Assembly: GCF_963921235.1 (NCBI RefSeq)
Contig: NC_086109.1
Span: 73,408,001 to 73,472,000 of the forward strand
DNA: 64,000 nt
Direction of reading: 5' to 3'
Source of the DNA: Mobula hypostoma
Taxonomy: Eukaryota
In this document: positions 37,918 to 51,196 of the stretch, piece by piece
Layout: every line of letters starts with the position of its first letter
Position numbering within the stretch: position 1 is the stretch's first letter
The notes under the pieces: generated by a model
The model's input: the letters and a program-made list of their open reading frames with translations, nothing else
Told to the model about the DNA's origin: nothing
Databases searched by the model: none
Translations under genes and position numbers: made by a program

Positions 37918-38350
37918 AGCCGATATTAAAGTATAGCTGACCATAGAGAGAAAAAACTCAGAGGTAATGGAGCGAGTCAAGAACGCGACTTCACTCCATG
38001 AGCGCTACCGGAAGTCTCCCCTAAACTATTTCCATGAAACTTTGGCTAACTCGGGCAGCTACTTAATTGGACCAAAATATACTGGTCCCGATGTTGCCCA
38101 ATTAACCAGAATCCATTTTTCCTGTATTAGCCCTAGCGTTAGCCATCTTGTTTACAAAACTATTGCTGAAGTTGGAGCTACAGTTGACTAAAAGACCAAT
38201 GAGTATCTGAATTTCAATTCTATAAATTTATAGGTGGCTGAAAATTTTATCAATTACCTATATCTGACAAACCAGCTCTTACCATCAAATAAATGTAAAC
38301 ATCCTGCCAACAAATTATCAATGCCTTTCTTACAATTTGAAATAAAGCTA

Positions 38351-38695
<345 letters not shown>

Positions 38696-40221
38696 CTATT
38701 CCATATTAGGTAACAGACTTGGAAAAATATATTAGCAGTAAATATACAAATGATGTAAAACAAACAGAGCTCAAGAAAAGCTGTAGCTGATGTAATTACT
38801 CCAAGCCATTGCTAATATAAACGAAGGATTTCAACCTTTTCTGTAACATACCCATTCTCAACTCTTTCTACAGAAACAGATAACAGTCATCTAATCTAAA
38901 CCAGATTTTTGATTAACAGCCGTATTAATAAGCCTATTAAATTTTGCATGGAATGTTCTGTCACAATCTGCTTAATTGTTGATGTCCAAATATCAAGTTA
39001 AGCTCTGAGTTTTTGAGAAACACTTTTTTTCTCTCAACCATGTTTATCCAGTTCCATCAAAACTTTGAAATGTTCCATTAGGTCATGTAGATTTTTTTTT
39101 TAAAGTAAGAACATGGCTCATTTACTTAAAAAGCAACAAGAGTTTTGAAACGAAAGAAAACAAGTTGGTCAAAACGGTCTCCAGAGTGAAACACAATTAT
39201 GACTGTCTCAAGGCCTAGGTTTAATCATAACCTGCTCTGGAAATTCAACAGGCACTTCTGGTCAAGATGCATTTCTGAGCATCTGACATAATTTTCCATT
39301 TATCCCCCATCTCCTCTCATCATCCCTACCCACTTATATATGCACTCCTTACAGTGATTAACCAAATGTTACAATTCATCCAACCCCTGGCATCAAACTC
39401 CATTTGGAATCCACGTAGTCCAAGGTTTTGTAATAAGTAGTTTCTTACCATCATTATACAACTGTAGATTAAAATAAACATAAAGCTGTGCAAGTTGCAA
39501 TCTCATAGCATTTTTTTTTAAAAATTTGACAGATCAGCACTAAGCTCACTTGGGTTCTGTCTTCATGTCTGCAGAGCCAGATGGCCAGAAATTGTCTGCA
39601 GGAAAATTAAACATCCTCTCTGTTCATCAATTCATCCAGTCAATAAATAAAAATTCAAAATATGCTAAGAATAACAAAATCTAATGGATACAATTGTATT
39701 TGTACAGACATCACATGGTTTATCCAGACTGCTAGGAAAATCACCCACAACCCAGTGAGTATGCATGAAGAGTTTTAAGTATGCTACTGTGGGAGGAGAC
39801 AGGAAACCATTGCATGTCTGATAATCCTAATCTTTAAATTTGAATTTAAGATCCAACCTAAGCGGAGTTTATCCAGTTATTGTCAAGACATGTTTTCAAC
39901 CAGTTATGGCATGATAGCATTGTCAATCTGTGGCCCTCCAAAAGATATATTTTTTGTGTTAACTTTTGAAAGAACCTACTAAAATTTCATTTTTTTAAAA
40001 AAAATCAGTTCTTCTTGTAATATACAAAAAATAAAAAAGCCAAAAGGCTCTCATCTGTTCCAATATCACAATCTATTTTTCAAGAAAAAAGTGAAAAATT
40101 ATACTAGTCTGGAAGACTATTTACTTTTTTTTCTCTCATAGGAAAAAGAAATATAATTTAATGTCATTATTCTCCATATATTGACCAATTTATGAATTGA
40201 TCATGTGTTTGCTCATTCAGC

Positions 40222-40366
40222 ACCCCACCCACTTCCAAACCTACTTCTGATTCCTTTTCTTCCTTATTTGTGACAGAGTCCTGAAGAAGGGTCTCGGCCC
40301 AAAACAGCAATTACTTATTCATTTCCATAGATGCTGCCTGACCTTCCAAGTTCCTCCGGCATTTTG
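40222..40366 (+). mobile_element. Single-arm Penelope-type terminus with decayed hammerhead
   Basis: AGTCCTGAAGAAGGGTCTCGGCCCAAAAC..ATAGATGCTGCCTGACC. Confidence 0.7.
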
Positions 40367-41149
40367 CTATTAGAAATATCCACAATATTAGGTCAATGGC
40401 TTTCCCAATAAGAATTCCCCTTGAGTTACTTACTCTAGAAAGAGGAAAAATACTGGAAGCGTGCCAGGCCGTCGGTCAGTCCCTTCCCATCCACATTAGC
40501 AAGCAAAGTTATACTTGGCTAGCTATCAGTATGTGGAGCTGTTGACATTTTCTTTAGGTCAACAAACAACAAGCATAGAGTTCTACTATCTTCTCCTTGT
40601 ACCTTTCGAATGGAGCTGCCAGAGAACACGAAAGTTAGCTGCTCTCCAAACATCTTATTACTCCTTCTAGGCACTCCATAATTCTATCCTGTAGATAGTC
40701 TGTCAAAAGCAAAGATACACTCATCTCACTCTTTCCATATCACCTCCAATTTGAAGTTCTGCCGCTGAATTATCAAAGCTCAAGTTCACTGCCTCCACAC
40801 TTATTAAGCAGCTATTGGGTTCAGCCAAGCTTTTTTTAAAATAGCCATTGAAGAAACAAATATTTATTAAAAGAAATCAACTTCCAATATTTTGTGAGTA
40901 TATTTAAACATGTTACTACTTATCATTTCAGTTGCATTCCTTTAAATTAGTCGGTCATATCTTTAAACCTAATTTCCATCTCATTTCTGTTGTAGCTTCC
41001 ACAGTGAGGCCAATGTGAAGATCAAATTTTCAGAACTGGTATATATTGCATTGTCTAAGGGGCGGCAGCAGCAGCAGTAATCCTGGTCCTTCCTATGTGC
41101 TCTTAGACCTGGACTACCCACAGAAGGCATCTCAAGGCTGTGGAAATAT

Positions 41150-41440
41150 TGTTTGTCTGCCTCTCCCCTCTTCCACTACAATAGCATGATATCAGAATCC
41201 TGGGGACAAGAGCCCACAAATAAACCGAGAAAAAGATTTAAAGATGTGTTCCAAGGCGAGCCTCCTTGAAGAAATGCAACATTCCACCAATTTCTGGGAA
41301 TCTCTAGCACATAACTGCTCCCAGTGATAAAGGGGCATTTGGATGATACTAAGAGTACAACAACTCCGCATAGTAGGTAGCAGGTGTAGACCACCTGACA
41401 GATTTCCCACCTGCTCTTCTCACTGGCCAGAGTGGGAAGC
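41150..41440 (+). mobile_element. Decayed RTE LINE 3' fragment
   Basis: Frameshifted KPRKRFKD..KKCNI..WESLA motif series. Confidence 0.6.
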
Positions 41441-42087
41441 AAGTCTTTCTGGAGAGAGGGAGTGGAAGGGATGAAGGATGAGGAAGGATGGAGGGAGGGA
41501 GGAATCAGGCCAGAAAAGAGTTGAATGTCAAAAGTTTCCCTGCATTTCTCTGAAGCTCGTGACAAGCCGCATGAAAGGGTTGGAATGTTTCTGACAGTAG
41601 TTTCAAGAAGAGAACAGCATGTGACAACTAATACACCATTTATTTTAGCTAGGGATCTCTTTTACATAGCATGAATGAACACTCATTTAGACATGGTTGT
41701 GTCAAATCAAAGAAAAATTCAGGCTTAAATATGGTTCAATGTGATATATTGTTAAATAGGTCATTTTAACAACTTTGTACAAATGGGTTAGGAGCTAAAA
41801 CTACCCAATATGATTAGTTGTGTGATGGATATTCACTTTCTGGGCAAGGGGGTCTCATGTTTTGCCAAGCTTGGCTTTCTAAATACAGCTTTGCAAATAA
41901 GTTCTCCTCATAGCTCAGACTTGCTGGTTCACAGCACCCTATCTAATGCTGCTCAAAGAGGTGCAGTAATAGACAATGGATTATTCAGTTTCACTTGTTT
42001 CAGAACAGGCAATGATGACTAAATTGCTCATTCAAAGAAGCTTGCAGATTAAAAGGAAACAATCACTGAGTATATTATTAACTATTT

Positions 42088-42865
42088 CGTCAGTAAGATG
42101 AAAGAGCTGATTGTGAACTTCAGGAAGGGTAAAACGAAGGAACACATACCAATCCTCATTGAGGGATCAGAAGTGGAGAGAGTGAGCAGTTTCAAGTTCC
42201 TGGGTGTCAAGATCTCCGAGGATCTAACCTGGTCCCAACATATCGTTGTAGTTATAAAGAAGGCGAGACAGTGGCTATACTTCATAAGGAGTTTAGAGAG
42301 ATTTGGCATGTCAACAAATACACTCAAAAACTTCTGTAGTTGTACCGTGGAGAGCATTCTGACAGGCTGCATCACTGTCTGGTATGGAGGGGCTACCGCA
42401 CATGACCAAAAGAAGCTGCAGAAGGTTGTAAATCTAGTCAGCTCCATTTTGGGCACTAGCCTACAAAGTACCCAGGACATCTTTAGGGAGTGGTGTCTTA
42501 GAAAGGCAGCGTCCATTATTAAGGACCTCCAACACCCAGGGCATGCCCTTTTCTCACTGATACCATCAGGTAGGAGGTACAGAAGCCTGAAGACACACAC
42601 TCAGTGATTCACGAACAGCTTCTTCCCCTCTGCCATCCGATTCCTAAATGGACATTGAATCTTTGGACACTACCTTACATTTTTAAAAAATATACAGTAT
42701 TTCAGTTTTTGCATGTTTTTTAAAAATCTATTCAATACATGTAACTGATTTACTTGTTTATTGATTATTATTTTTTTCTCTCTGTTAGATTATGTATTGC
42801 ATTGAACTGTTGCTGCTAAGTTAACAAATTTCACATCACATGCCGGTGATAATAAAACTGATACT
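42088..42865 (+). mobile_element. 5'-truncated Rex1/Babar-type LINE
   Basis: KELIVNFRK, SFKFLGVKISEDLTW, ESILTGCITVWYG, HPGHALFSLIPSGRRYRSL; 3' AATAAA and CTGA-type tail. Confidence 0.88.
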
Positions 42866-43554
42866 GGGAGGTTTATGTGCACACGGTAGTTAGCCTTACA
42901 GCATTAATTGAGGATAGCTTGGATCTATATCGCCAAGAGACTTTTAGACAGTTTGTGTAAAAAGGGTAGCTGAGGAAATACATGTCTGAAGTCACCCAAG
43001 TGGCAGAACAAGTGTGCAAGCATAGAGAGCCATTTAGGCTCATTAGAAAATGGAATAAGGAACATCAAGTAAATTAAAGAAACAAGGGGTGAACTGGAAT
43101 CCGTTTCTCTGGCTTCAGTTTCTGCAGTAGATGATTCTTTTGATCATTGATTTGTCTTTTTAGTTTATAGGAATTGTGCTTGTGCTTGGAAAATTTTTTA
43201 TGTTTTAGAAATGGCTTGTAATTTGGAAAAGTTTAAAATAGAAACCCTCTGAGAGTTTTTAAAATGTGTTCTAAGAATGTTGTTTGGATTTAAACATGTA
43301 TCACTAAAAATAATTGAACTATGTTTAAACTACGTTGTTAGCTGGAGGTATCTTCTCCTTGGTAGGGAGAGGGGACCCACCACTCAAACAGCGGTTACTG
43401 GCAGCTAAAACTCACCGTTGATAACAACCAGGGAAAGTGAACTAGTTTTTGAAGATTGGCTAGTTGCAGTATAACCTCCCTTTACTGAGGATACGCTGGC
43501 TATTTATAACCAATAGGGCTTAAGGTCCTCGTTTGAGTTTAGAACTTCGCAGTT

Positions 43555-44205
43555 AGCAAATGCAATGCCATCACATTTGCCTTTGGCTACAGAGGTATCC
43601 CAAGCAAAATCACTGAGGCAGAGAACTGTGGAAGTTCACAAAAAAGGAAACTGACATTCGGCTTGTAATCTTTCTGAAAGCAACCCAAACTTTTATGTTG
43701 CAGCTTTATAAAACTTTGGCTCAGCTGCATCTGGAGTATTGCATACAATTCTGGTTGCCCCATTGTAGAAAGGATACGAAGGCTGTGGAGGGGATGCAGA
43801 AGAGGAGAGGTCAAATAAACTTGGGATGTTTCCTCTGAAGCAGCAGAAACTGAGGGAAATCTGCTGGCAGTTTATAAAATTGAGAGGCATTGAAAGAATA
43901 GACAGCCTGTATCAAGGTTAAAATACTAGAGGGCAAATATTTAAAGTGAGAGGTTTTGTTCAAAGGAGATGTGCAGGCCATTTTTGTTAAAAAAAAAGAG
44001 AAAGTGTGTTGATTGCCTGAAAAGAACTGCAGCGGTGGTGGAGGAGGCAGATATGACAGAAATATTTACAAGGCTCTCAGGCACATGAATATGCAGAGAA
44101 TGAAGGGATATGGTTTTGTGCAATTAGACATTATTAGCTTAATTCATTCAACACAACATTTTGTGCTGAAGGTCTTGCTCTTGTGCTATATGATTCTATG
44201 TTCAA
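43555..44205 (+). mobile_element. CR1 LINE 3' fragment
   Basis: GCATCTGGAGTATTGCATACAATTCTGGTTGCCCCATT (HLEYCIQFW.PH) and TTCTATG tail. Confidence 0.8.
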
Positions 44206-45044
44206 AATGTACTTGTACTTTTTTTTTTTAAAAACATGCTCCCTCCCCGACTAAAACACTACTGGGATAAGGATAGTTTCTCTGGGGGAAAATTCCAAGA
44301 GTGTCATCAAAATTCACTGTTTAAAACCCAGTGCAATAGACAAAAGTCACTGCTTGCTCAAAATATCAAACATTTTCTGTAGTTTTTAAGTTATCTCATT
44401 GTGACAGTTGATTAAAATCTGGTCATAGTACAAATAAACAGTGTTTGGCATTTTTTTTCTGATTGGTATAAAATACAAAATCCCATTGAACGTCATTAAC
44501 ATTGTTATTCTAATTGATGCTGTCAACTGTAAAGAAAAAGGTACACATTTCATTGCACCTTTATCTCAAAAGTCACATGTGACTCTAGCTTCAGAATTCT
44601 GAACTCCTAAATAGAATCCCACATTCGTGAATTAAATTTAATCCCTCATAACAAATTACCAATTTCCCTTTGTAATTTAGCATCCTTTTGAAACTGATTT
44701 GACTCCAGTTTAATAGCATGAGAATATCCTAAATGAATTGCCAAACTGATTTAAAAAGCATTTCACTCAAATGTTCACATCTCAGACAGCAATATACTGT
44801 AATATGCCATAATGCAATAAAGTTACACTGAGCAATGAAACTTAAGTCCATGAAAGGTCAAAAATCACAAAAGTACAGAAAATTATTAATATGGCTAGGC
44901 TAAGTAAAATTTCCCAAATGAAGGAGCAGAATTGCATGTGAAGCACCCAATATCTAGTGAGGAAGAAATAAAAAAAATATAATTTTAATCAATAAGTCAG
45001 AGAAAAAGGGACGGATCTGAATAGTTAATAAGGGACATACTTAA

Positions 45045-45582
45045 TAAGACCATAAGACTATAAGATATAGGAGCAGAATTGGGCCATTTGGCCCATCGAG
45101 TCTGCTCCACCATTTCATCATGGCGGATCTATTATTCCTCTCAGCCCCAATCCCCTGCCTTCTCCCCGTCTCCCTTCATACCCTGACCAATCAAGAATCT
45201 ATCAACCTCTGACTGAAATATACGTAAAGACTTGGCCTCCACAGCTGCCTGTGGCATCGAATTTCATGTATTCAACACTCGCTGGCTAAAGAAATTTGTC
45301 CTCATCTCTGCCCTAAAAGGATATTTTTCTATTCTGAGGTTGTGTCCTCTGGTCTTAGACTCTCCTACCACAGGAAACATCCTCTCCACATCCACTTTAT
45401 CAAGATTTTTTACCATTCAATAGGTTTCAATGAGGTCACCCCTCATTCTTCTGAATTCTAGTGAATAGAGTCCCAGAGCCATTAAATCCTCTTCATATGA
45501 CAAGCCATTCAATCCTGGAAATATTTTTGTGAAACACCTTTAAATCCTCTTCAGTTTCAGTACATCTTTTCTAAGGGGCCTA
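45045..45582 (-). mobile_element. CR1 LINE 3' end
   Basis: ATAAGACCATAAGACTATAAGATATAGGAGCAG tail and CR1 3'UTR stem. Confidence 0.8.
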
Positions 45583-46698
45583 ATCTACTACCTGACAGCA
45601 TCCCCCATCAATTTCCATGAAGTGCAAATTTGGCACAATGTGCGAAGTGAGCATATCAGGAATGGTTAAACTTAGTAAAATCTGGCACATTTTGGGTACT
45701 TTGTTTCATAGAAAAATATAGAAAAAATATATAGGTATAGGTTTCAATAGAGAGAGAGAGAAAAAATGTCCCCAATAAGTTTACACTACAAGTTTAAATG
45801 CATTAGATGTTTAGTTGTGAAGTATAAAGGTCAAAGATATAGAAATTTATTTTAGAATGCTGGCAAAGAGAAAAAAAATCTGACATAAAAATTCCATGTC
45901 ATTTGTACCCATTTTCCAACAGAGGAAAAAAAAAGTATGGCTCTGATCACAGTATTTAAGAACTTGTTCCCTGCTTTTGTACAAAAGTATACACAAGTTC
46001 ATACTGTAAGCTGTTGATGCACAGTGCCCAAGAGCAGCCTTCTATAACAAGACAAAGCCTTGCACATGGGTCTCAGCAACAAACTTTTGTTATGATTTCA
46101 TGAATAGAGTTAACAAAATATATGGCAAAAAAAAGACTTGAAGTGGTAAATGTGAATGAATTTAGCCAAAAGTCAGATAAACATTTGAAGAAATTAATCA
46201 GAAATTAAGCTGATTTTTAAAAAAAGAGTCCAATTCAAGAAAGCAGAATTAAAATTATAAACATGGGAACAAAATTCAGCCAGACCAACTCAAACTCCAA
46301 GTTTCAAAAGTAATAAGGCATTACACTAGTGGCACACAACATATTGGATTTCAGTGGAAGGAGTTCCTCTGGTTGCTTGGTGTGATAGTACCATAAACAT
46401 GCACATGAACTCTGATGATTTAAGCTTTGTGTTTCCATTTTATTTTTAAATTCATTCATGGCATGGGCATGGGACCCTGGCTGACAAAGCCAGCATTTAC
46501 TGCTTATCCTGAGATGCTCTCAACTACAGCAACCTTTAGGAGTTTTGCTATTCATTTGAGAGTTCCAGGGTGTTGACCCAAAGTACAACAATGCATTTTC
46601 AAGTCAGGATGTTATGTAACATGGAAATGAACTTGGGTGAACAAGTCTGAAGGTGTACTGAAACCCATCCCACACATCTCCAAAACCTATTTTCTTAC

Positions 46699-46752
46699 CT
46701 GTCTATTACGCTCATCCATGATCCTTGTAATCTGAATCTTTTTCCGCCCCAT
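46699..46752 (-). CDS. MEF2A: MEF2A first coding exon, CDS part (aa 1-18)
   Basis: Minus strand reads GAAG ATG GGG CGG AAA AAG ATT CAG ATT ACA AGG ATC ATG GAT GAG CGT AAT AGA CAG|GTAAGA = MGRKKIQITRIMDERNRQ. This is the conserved 54-nt phase-0 MEF2 start. QITRIMD fits MEF2A or MEF2C, not MEF2D. Confidence 0.96.
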
Positions 46753-46890
46753 CTTCAACTTCTTTTTTCTAAGATATCAGTGTAGAATTGTAGTTTTGTC
46801 AGTACTTAATGTTCTAGTGCATGGTACAGATTTCTCTCATGAACTATCTTCCTGTGGACTTGTTCAGCTTTATTTCCCCTCTTTCAAAGC
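46753..46890 (-). other. MEF2A: Predicted 5'UTR part of the MEF2A first coding exon
   Basis: Best nearby acceptor is GCCTTTTTTATTCACTCTAG|GCTTTG with the AG at 46891-46892. The boundary is predicted, not confirmed. Confidence 0.6.
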
Positions 46891-49603
46891 CTAGAGTGAA
46901 TAAAAAAGGCAATAATAATGCATAAATTTGAAGCAATATTGATGTTAGTGAACAACAGTTCACTGATATGAAGTTAACTAACATGAAGTTAATGACCAGC
47001 AGTTATTATACAAACTTACATCACTTTTCTTTTTAATCTTATAGACAATAGAACAAATCAAATCTAAATTGAAGCATTCCAAAGGCAAAGCAATTTACAA
47101 ACGTAAAAAAGCTACTATACAGATATGAAATAACACTAATAAAGGAATACAAATAAAAAAAATAAACATTTAGAAAATAATTGGGGGTATTCACATTATA
47201 ACAGAAAATGTTCAAGGGTAATTTGGTAGAGATGTTTAAATCACAGAAGGTCCAGGTTCTCCCCAGTTTGAGTGCCTGACTTATATACAGCCCATATACA
47301 TGGACAATCATTTGGGAAACTGGTGGGATGGATTTGCCAGCTGCTGTAGGCACCTTCTGCCATGTGGGAACACAGCTTGCAGCTGAATTTCCAACTTATG
47401 TACTGTTCAGTTTGTGAAAAGGTTCACAGGAATTGAACCCTGCTGTATCCTGGAGGTGAGGGGTGGGTGGGAGGGGGGAGTGGACCCATGGTTGCAAACT
47501 AATTAGAAACAGATACTTGCTGGAGGTTCGAAAAGTTCTGAACATGGGGATTCAGAGCTTGGATTCAATGCAGGATATAGGAGAGAAAGCTTGAGAAGTA
47601 ATTTTTTTTTCTGAAAATGGTACGAAATGCAACCACAGGCAGTAAAGCAAAAATATATCAATATCATAAACCTAAATGTTAGAAAGCTGCTTGAAAATAT
47701 ATTGGAGCAAAATATTATTTCCTTTTATAGAATGTGATTTTATTGGATATTTTTCTGTGCAAAAATCTTCTGTGGATGTTGACAACATCCCATTAGTAAG
47801 GAGATAAACATTGGGAAATTTTTAAATTATTGATGATGGTGACATTTTATCAAGACTCAAATGCATCAAGATAGCACCAGAGCATGGCGACTTATTGCAA
47901 GCTGCTCTCTGCAGATCCACCAACCATTTGTTTGCATCAGCATACATCACTCAATCTTTAGTTAACTAGCTGAATGAAGAATGCAATTTTTGCAAGGAAC
48001 AAATTAAGTTAATCCTTGAGTTATTTTTGATTTGGTTTTATTGTCCACACCATTTTTCTCTTCATCATCCAGTTCCTCATCTTATTGCCAGTGGGCTTTT
48101 TATAAACAAGTTATACGCACTAAAAACAAATAAGACATTTCATTTATCAAGCACTTTCAACGTGGTGCAAACAAAAATTGAACAAAGTGGAAAATTTCAG
48201 GGAATAGGTTGAAAGAGTTAAAAGAACAGAAGTAGACAGGTGCCTTGATTGCTGAAGAAATGACTTCAATAGTAGAATGATTACATGAACATGCAAAGGG
48301 TTAATATTTTAAGGAAGTACTGGAGTGGTCAACATGGAAAAAGGATTTAAAATAATAGTGATAATTCCAAAAACTGATCACAGCAAACGAAAAGGCAATG
48401 TACACCGAGGAAAATGTGATTGCAATGATGGCAAAGCCATTAGCATTCAATATCATTATTTCATTAAGCTGACAGCAGCTTCTGGACTTTTGTGGTTATG
48501 TATTTTAAGCCCTCCTGAAATTGTGGTTAGTGATTCATCCCGTCTCTGCAGCCTATGCCGTTTTGCATTCTTTTTTTCACTTTGACCATATTGAAGAGGT
48601 ACATTAAATGCTTATACATTTTTAATAATAGAATCATTTTTGGTGAGTGGGGGATACTCCTGGAGGCCCTCCATATGTCTTTGCATACTTCCAAAAATTA
48701 AGGGAAATTAAGTGAATTAATGTGAACTTAAAAAACAGATTCATTATAAAATACCTAACATGGTTTCATTTTTGTTCTTGAGGTCCAATTCAGAAGTACT
48801 GCTTGCAAACTTGGCTCCAACAGAAAACTATTTTTCTTTGAGGCTTTTATTTCCCTCAGATATAACATTTTAAGTTAAATAAAACCAAAAAAAGTGTTTG
48901 AGCTTCTCCTTTGTTCATGTGCACCGACTCTAATCTTTTCTTTGCACCCTGTTAGGGCATTAACTTAGACTTGTGCCCTTTCCTTTCCTGTTATGCTGTA
49001 TGTGCTGATTACTTAATGCACCTGCTCAGCATGCTTCATGACATCACAGCTGCGGAGCATCAGGGGTTTTATTGGCAACGGAAAAGGAGAAGTCCAAGTC
49101 AGAAAGCAAAAAGCAGAAAACTGCAAATGTTGGAAATAACCAGATGTTAATTATGGTACAAACACTGGTTAGGACTCCATATGTACTCTGCTGCTCATAT
49201 TCTAAACAGTCCCATGTAATCTCTTACATCCGACTGCCACAACAAACTGTGCCTCAACTGAATGCCACTCCGAAATGACAGTAACTTGGGTTTTTGCTCA
49301 AATGTTTAAACTGAGAGGTGAAACCATGAACTGTTGACACAACAGTGCACATTCCGTCCTCATGTGGCCACAGATTCCATTCAGAGTTCAGTCTGGCCTT
49401 CACCTTGATCTGTTATTATAAAGCTTCCAAAAAGCTCAGTTAAAACAAAATCAGTAGGCTTTTAAATGGTACTTGTGAAACTGATTATTAATACATTGAG
49501 TTAGTATTTATTTACAAAATCCATGCAACTTTGTCCAATTTTCTTCTATTCCTCACAGATTGGTGCAACCCTGCCAAAGTTGAAGTTTTCACCTTAATTT
49601 TTG

Positions 49604-49860
49604 GAACATAAGAATATAAGAAATAGGAGCGGGAGTAGGCCATCTGGCCCGTTGAGCCTGCCCCGCCATTCAATAAGATCATGGCTGATCTGTCCAACAA
49701 TTTGCATCTTCACCCTCCATACCCCTCCCAAACATGTATTTATCCAAATTTCTCTTGTGTTGAAATCAAACCTGAGTCCACCTCTTCCACTGGCAGCTCG
49801 TTCCACACTCTCACCGCCCTCTAAGTGAAGAGGTTCCCCCTCATTTAAATATTTCACCTT
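49604..49860 (-). mobile_element. CR1 LINE 3' end(s)
   Basis: AACATAAGAATATAAGAAATAGGAGCGGGAGTAGGCCAT tail. Confidence 0.75.
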
Positions 49861-49921
49861 TTTTTAAATTATATCTTACAGTTTACTTTATGTCTGACTG
49901 TACTGCTGCCTCAAAACAACA

Positions 49922-50200
49922 AATGGTTAGTGCGACGCCATTACAGCTTAGGGTGTCAGAGTTCGGAGGTCAATTATGACGCTGTCTGTAAGGAGTTTGT
50001 ACGCTCCCCCCGACGAACGTGCCGGTCTCCTCCAAGCGCTACGGCCTCCTCAAACATTCCAAAAATGTTAGTAGGATAACTGGCCACTGCAAACCTTCCT
50101 GTGACTAGGCCAGGGTCAAATATAGGTGGGTTGCTGTGCGGAGCAGCTCGTTGGCCGCAAGGGCCTGTCCACGCTGTATATCTAAATAGATAAATAATAA
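49922..50200 (+). mobile_element. V-SINE
   Basis: TGGTTAGTGCGAC head, GAGTTCGGAGGTCAATT B-box region, GTAAGGAGTTTGTACG V domain, GCTGTATATCTAAATA tail. Confidence 0.75.
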
Positions 50201-50312
50201 AATTATACAACATATTATAGAATAATAAACCCAATCCTGACAACACTAAATATCACCCCTGGGACCATCCAGAAAAGGCAGGGCCCGTAATGAAAGACCT
50301 CAAAGTGGCCCA

Positions 50313-50640
50313 CAACCTTGCTGTGGCTTGCGTGCCTCAGTGACCCAGAGAGCTATAATGGCAGGAGTCAGGGCTTTATACTTTAGCTCTTGGTAGGATC
50401 ACCCATGCCAAACAGGTCAAAGGGGAGAGGCCACCAATGCTCCAGGTTTGGGGGTTCAGCTCAGGGCTAACAACCCTGACTGGTCAAACAAAACTGTTAC
50501 AGAAACAACAATGAAGAATCCTTCTACATCAGTGTGCGACAGTATTCCTGAGTCTCCTCCCAGGACTCGCATGACTGACAGTAAACCAAGGGAAAGCTGT
50601 AAGGAGTAAGCAAAGGCATATGGAGGGTCTACAGGAGTAT
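50313..50640 (+). mobile_element. RTE 5'UTR-derived element, copy 2
   Basis: Colinear with 29107-29360, then a different 3' part. Confidence 0.65.
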
Positions 50641-51196
50641 CCCCCACCCACCAAAAATGATTCTGTATTATGTAAAAAGTATGTTTGTGGAATAGTAATA
50701 ATTAGTCTTTCAAAGGGCAGAAAAATCAACATTAATGAGAAATTCACTGGGTATTCCTAATTTTCCACTGTTCATCAGCTTGTTCAGCTGCAGCAAATTG
50801 AACAGGACAGCAATAACCAGCAACCATTAATAACCGGCACAATGAAAAATTGATTGTCACTTGGCCTTTTTCACTGCTGTAGCATATTAGTTTGATAGGG
50901 GGGAATACTGATCTCAATGGGGAACTTCAGCAACTAATTTTGGTGATGTTAAACTAACGGGATAAATAACAAATCGTCCTAGCAGACAGGTTAACTTTAT
51001 GCATGTGTCCAATTCGAGCTCCAAAGCAAACTAGGGAATATATTTCTCTTTAGCCACTCTCTCATAGAAGGCTGGCAAGGTAAACCAAAACTAAATTTAG
51101 AATGTATCCTATTATCCAATCACAATGGAAAAAGTGCTCAAAGTTAGATGCCTTGAAGCAAAAGCTCAAAGGGATAAAATATAAACACGTAGCTCT

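Larger units (their letters stand above)
32174..38021 (-). mobile_element. Full-length L1-clade LINE, about 5.85 kb
   Basis: Perfect 12-bp TSD TAAACTATTTCC at 32162-32173 and 38022-38033. 5' end GGGGAGACTTCCGG. Two open ORFs. AATAAA at 32195-32200 followed by tail AAAAAGAAAAGAAA. Confidence 0.96.
31145..38118 (+). mobile_element. pogo/Tigger-like non-autonomous DNA transposon relic, copy 1, split by an RTE-like insert and the L1
   Basis: Colinear with the copy at 53597-54616. Left end CAGTAGATTGCAGTTAATTG; right end CCCAATTAACCAGAATCCA resumes directly after the L1 TSD. Confidence 0.8.

Noticed and set aside
43304-43313. MEF2 consensus site CTAAAAATAA
   Set aside because: Expected by chance in AT-rich DNA, with no supporting motif cluster.
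42866-43555. Possible LTR-element remnant between the Rex and CR1 fragments
   Set aside because: No TG..CA termini, primer-binding site or protein motif could be identified.
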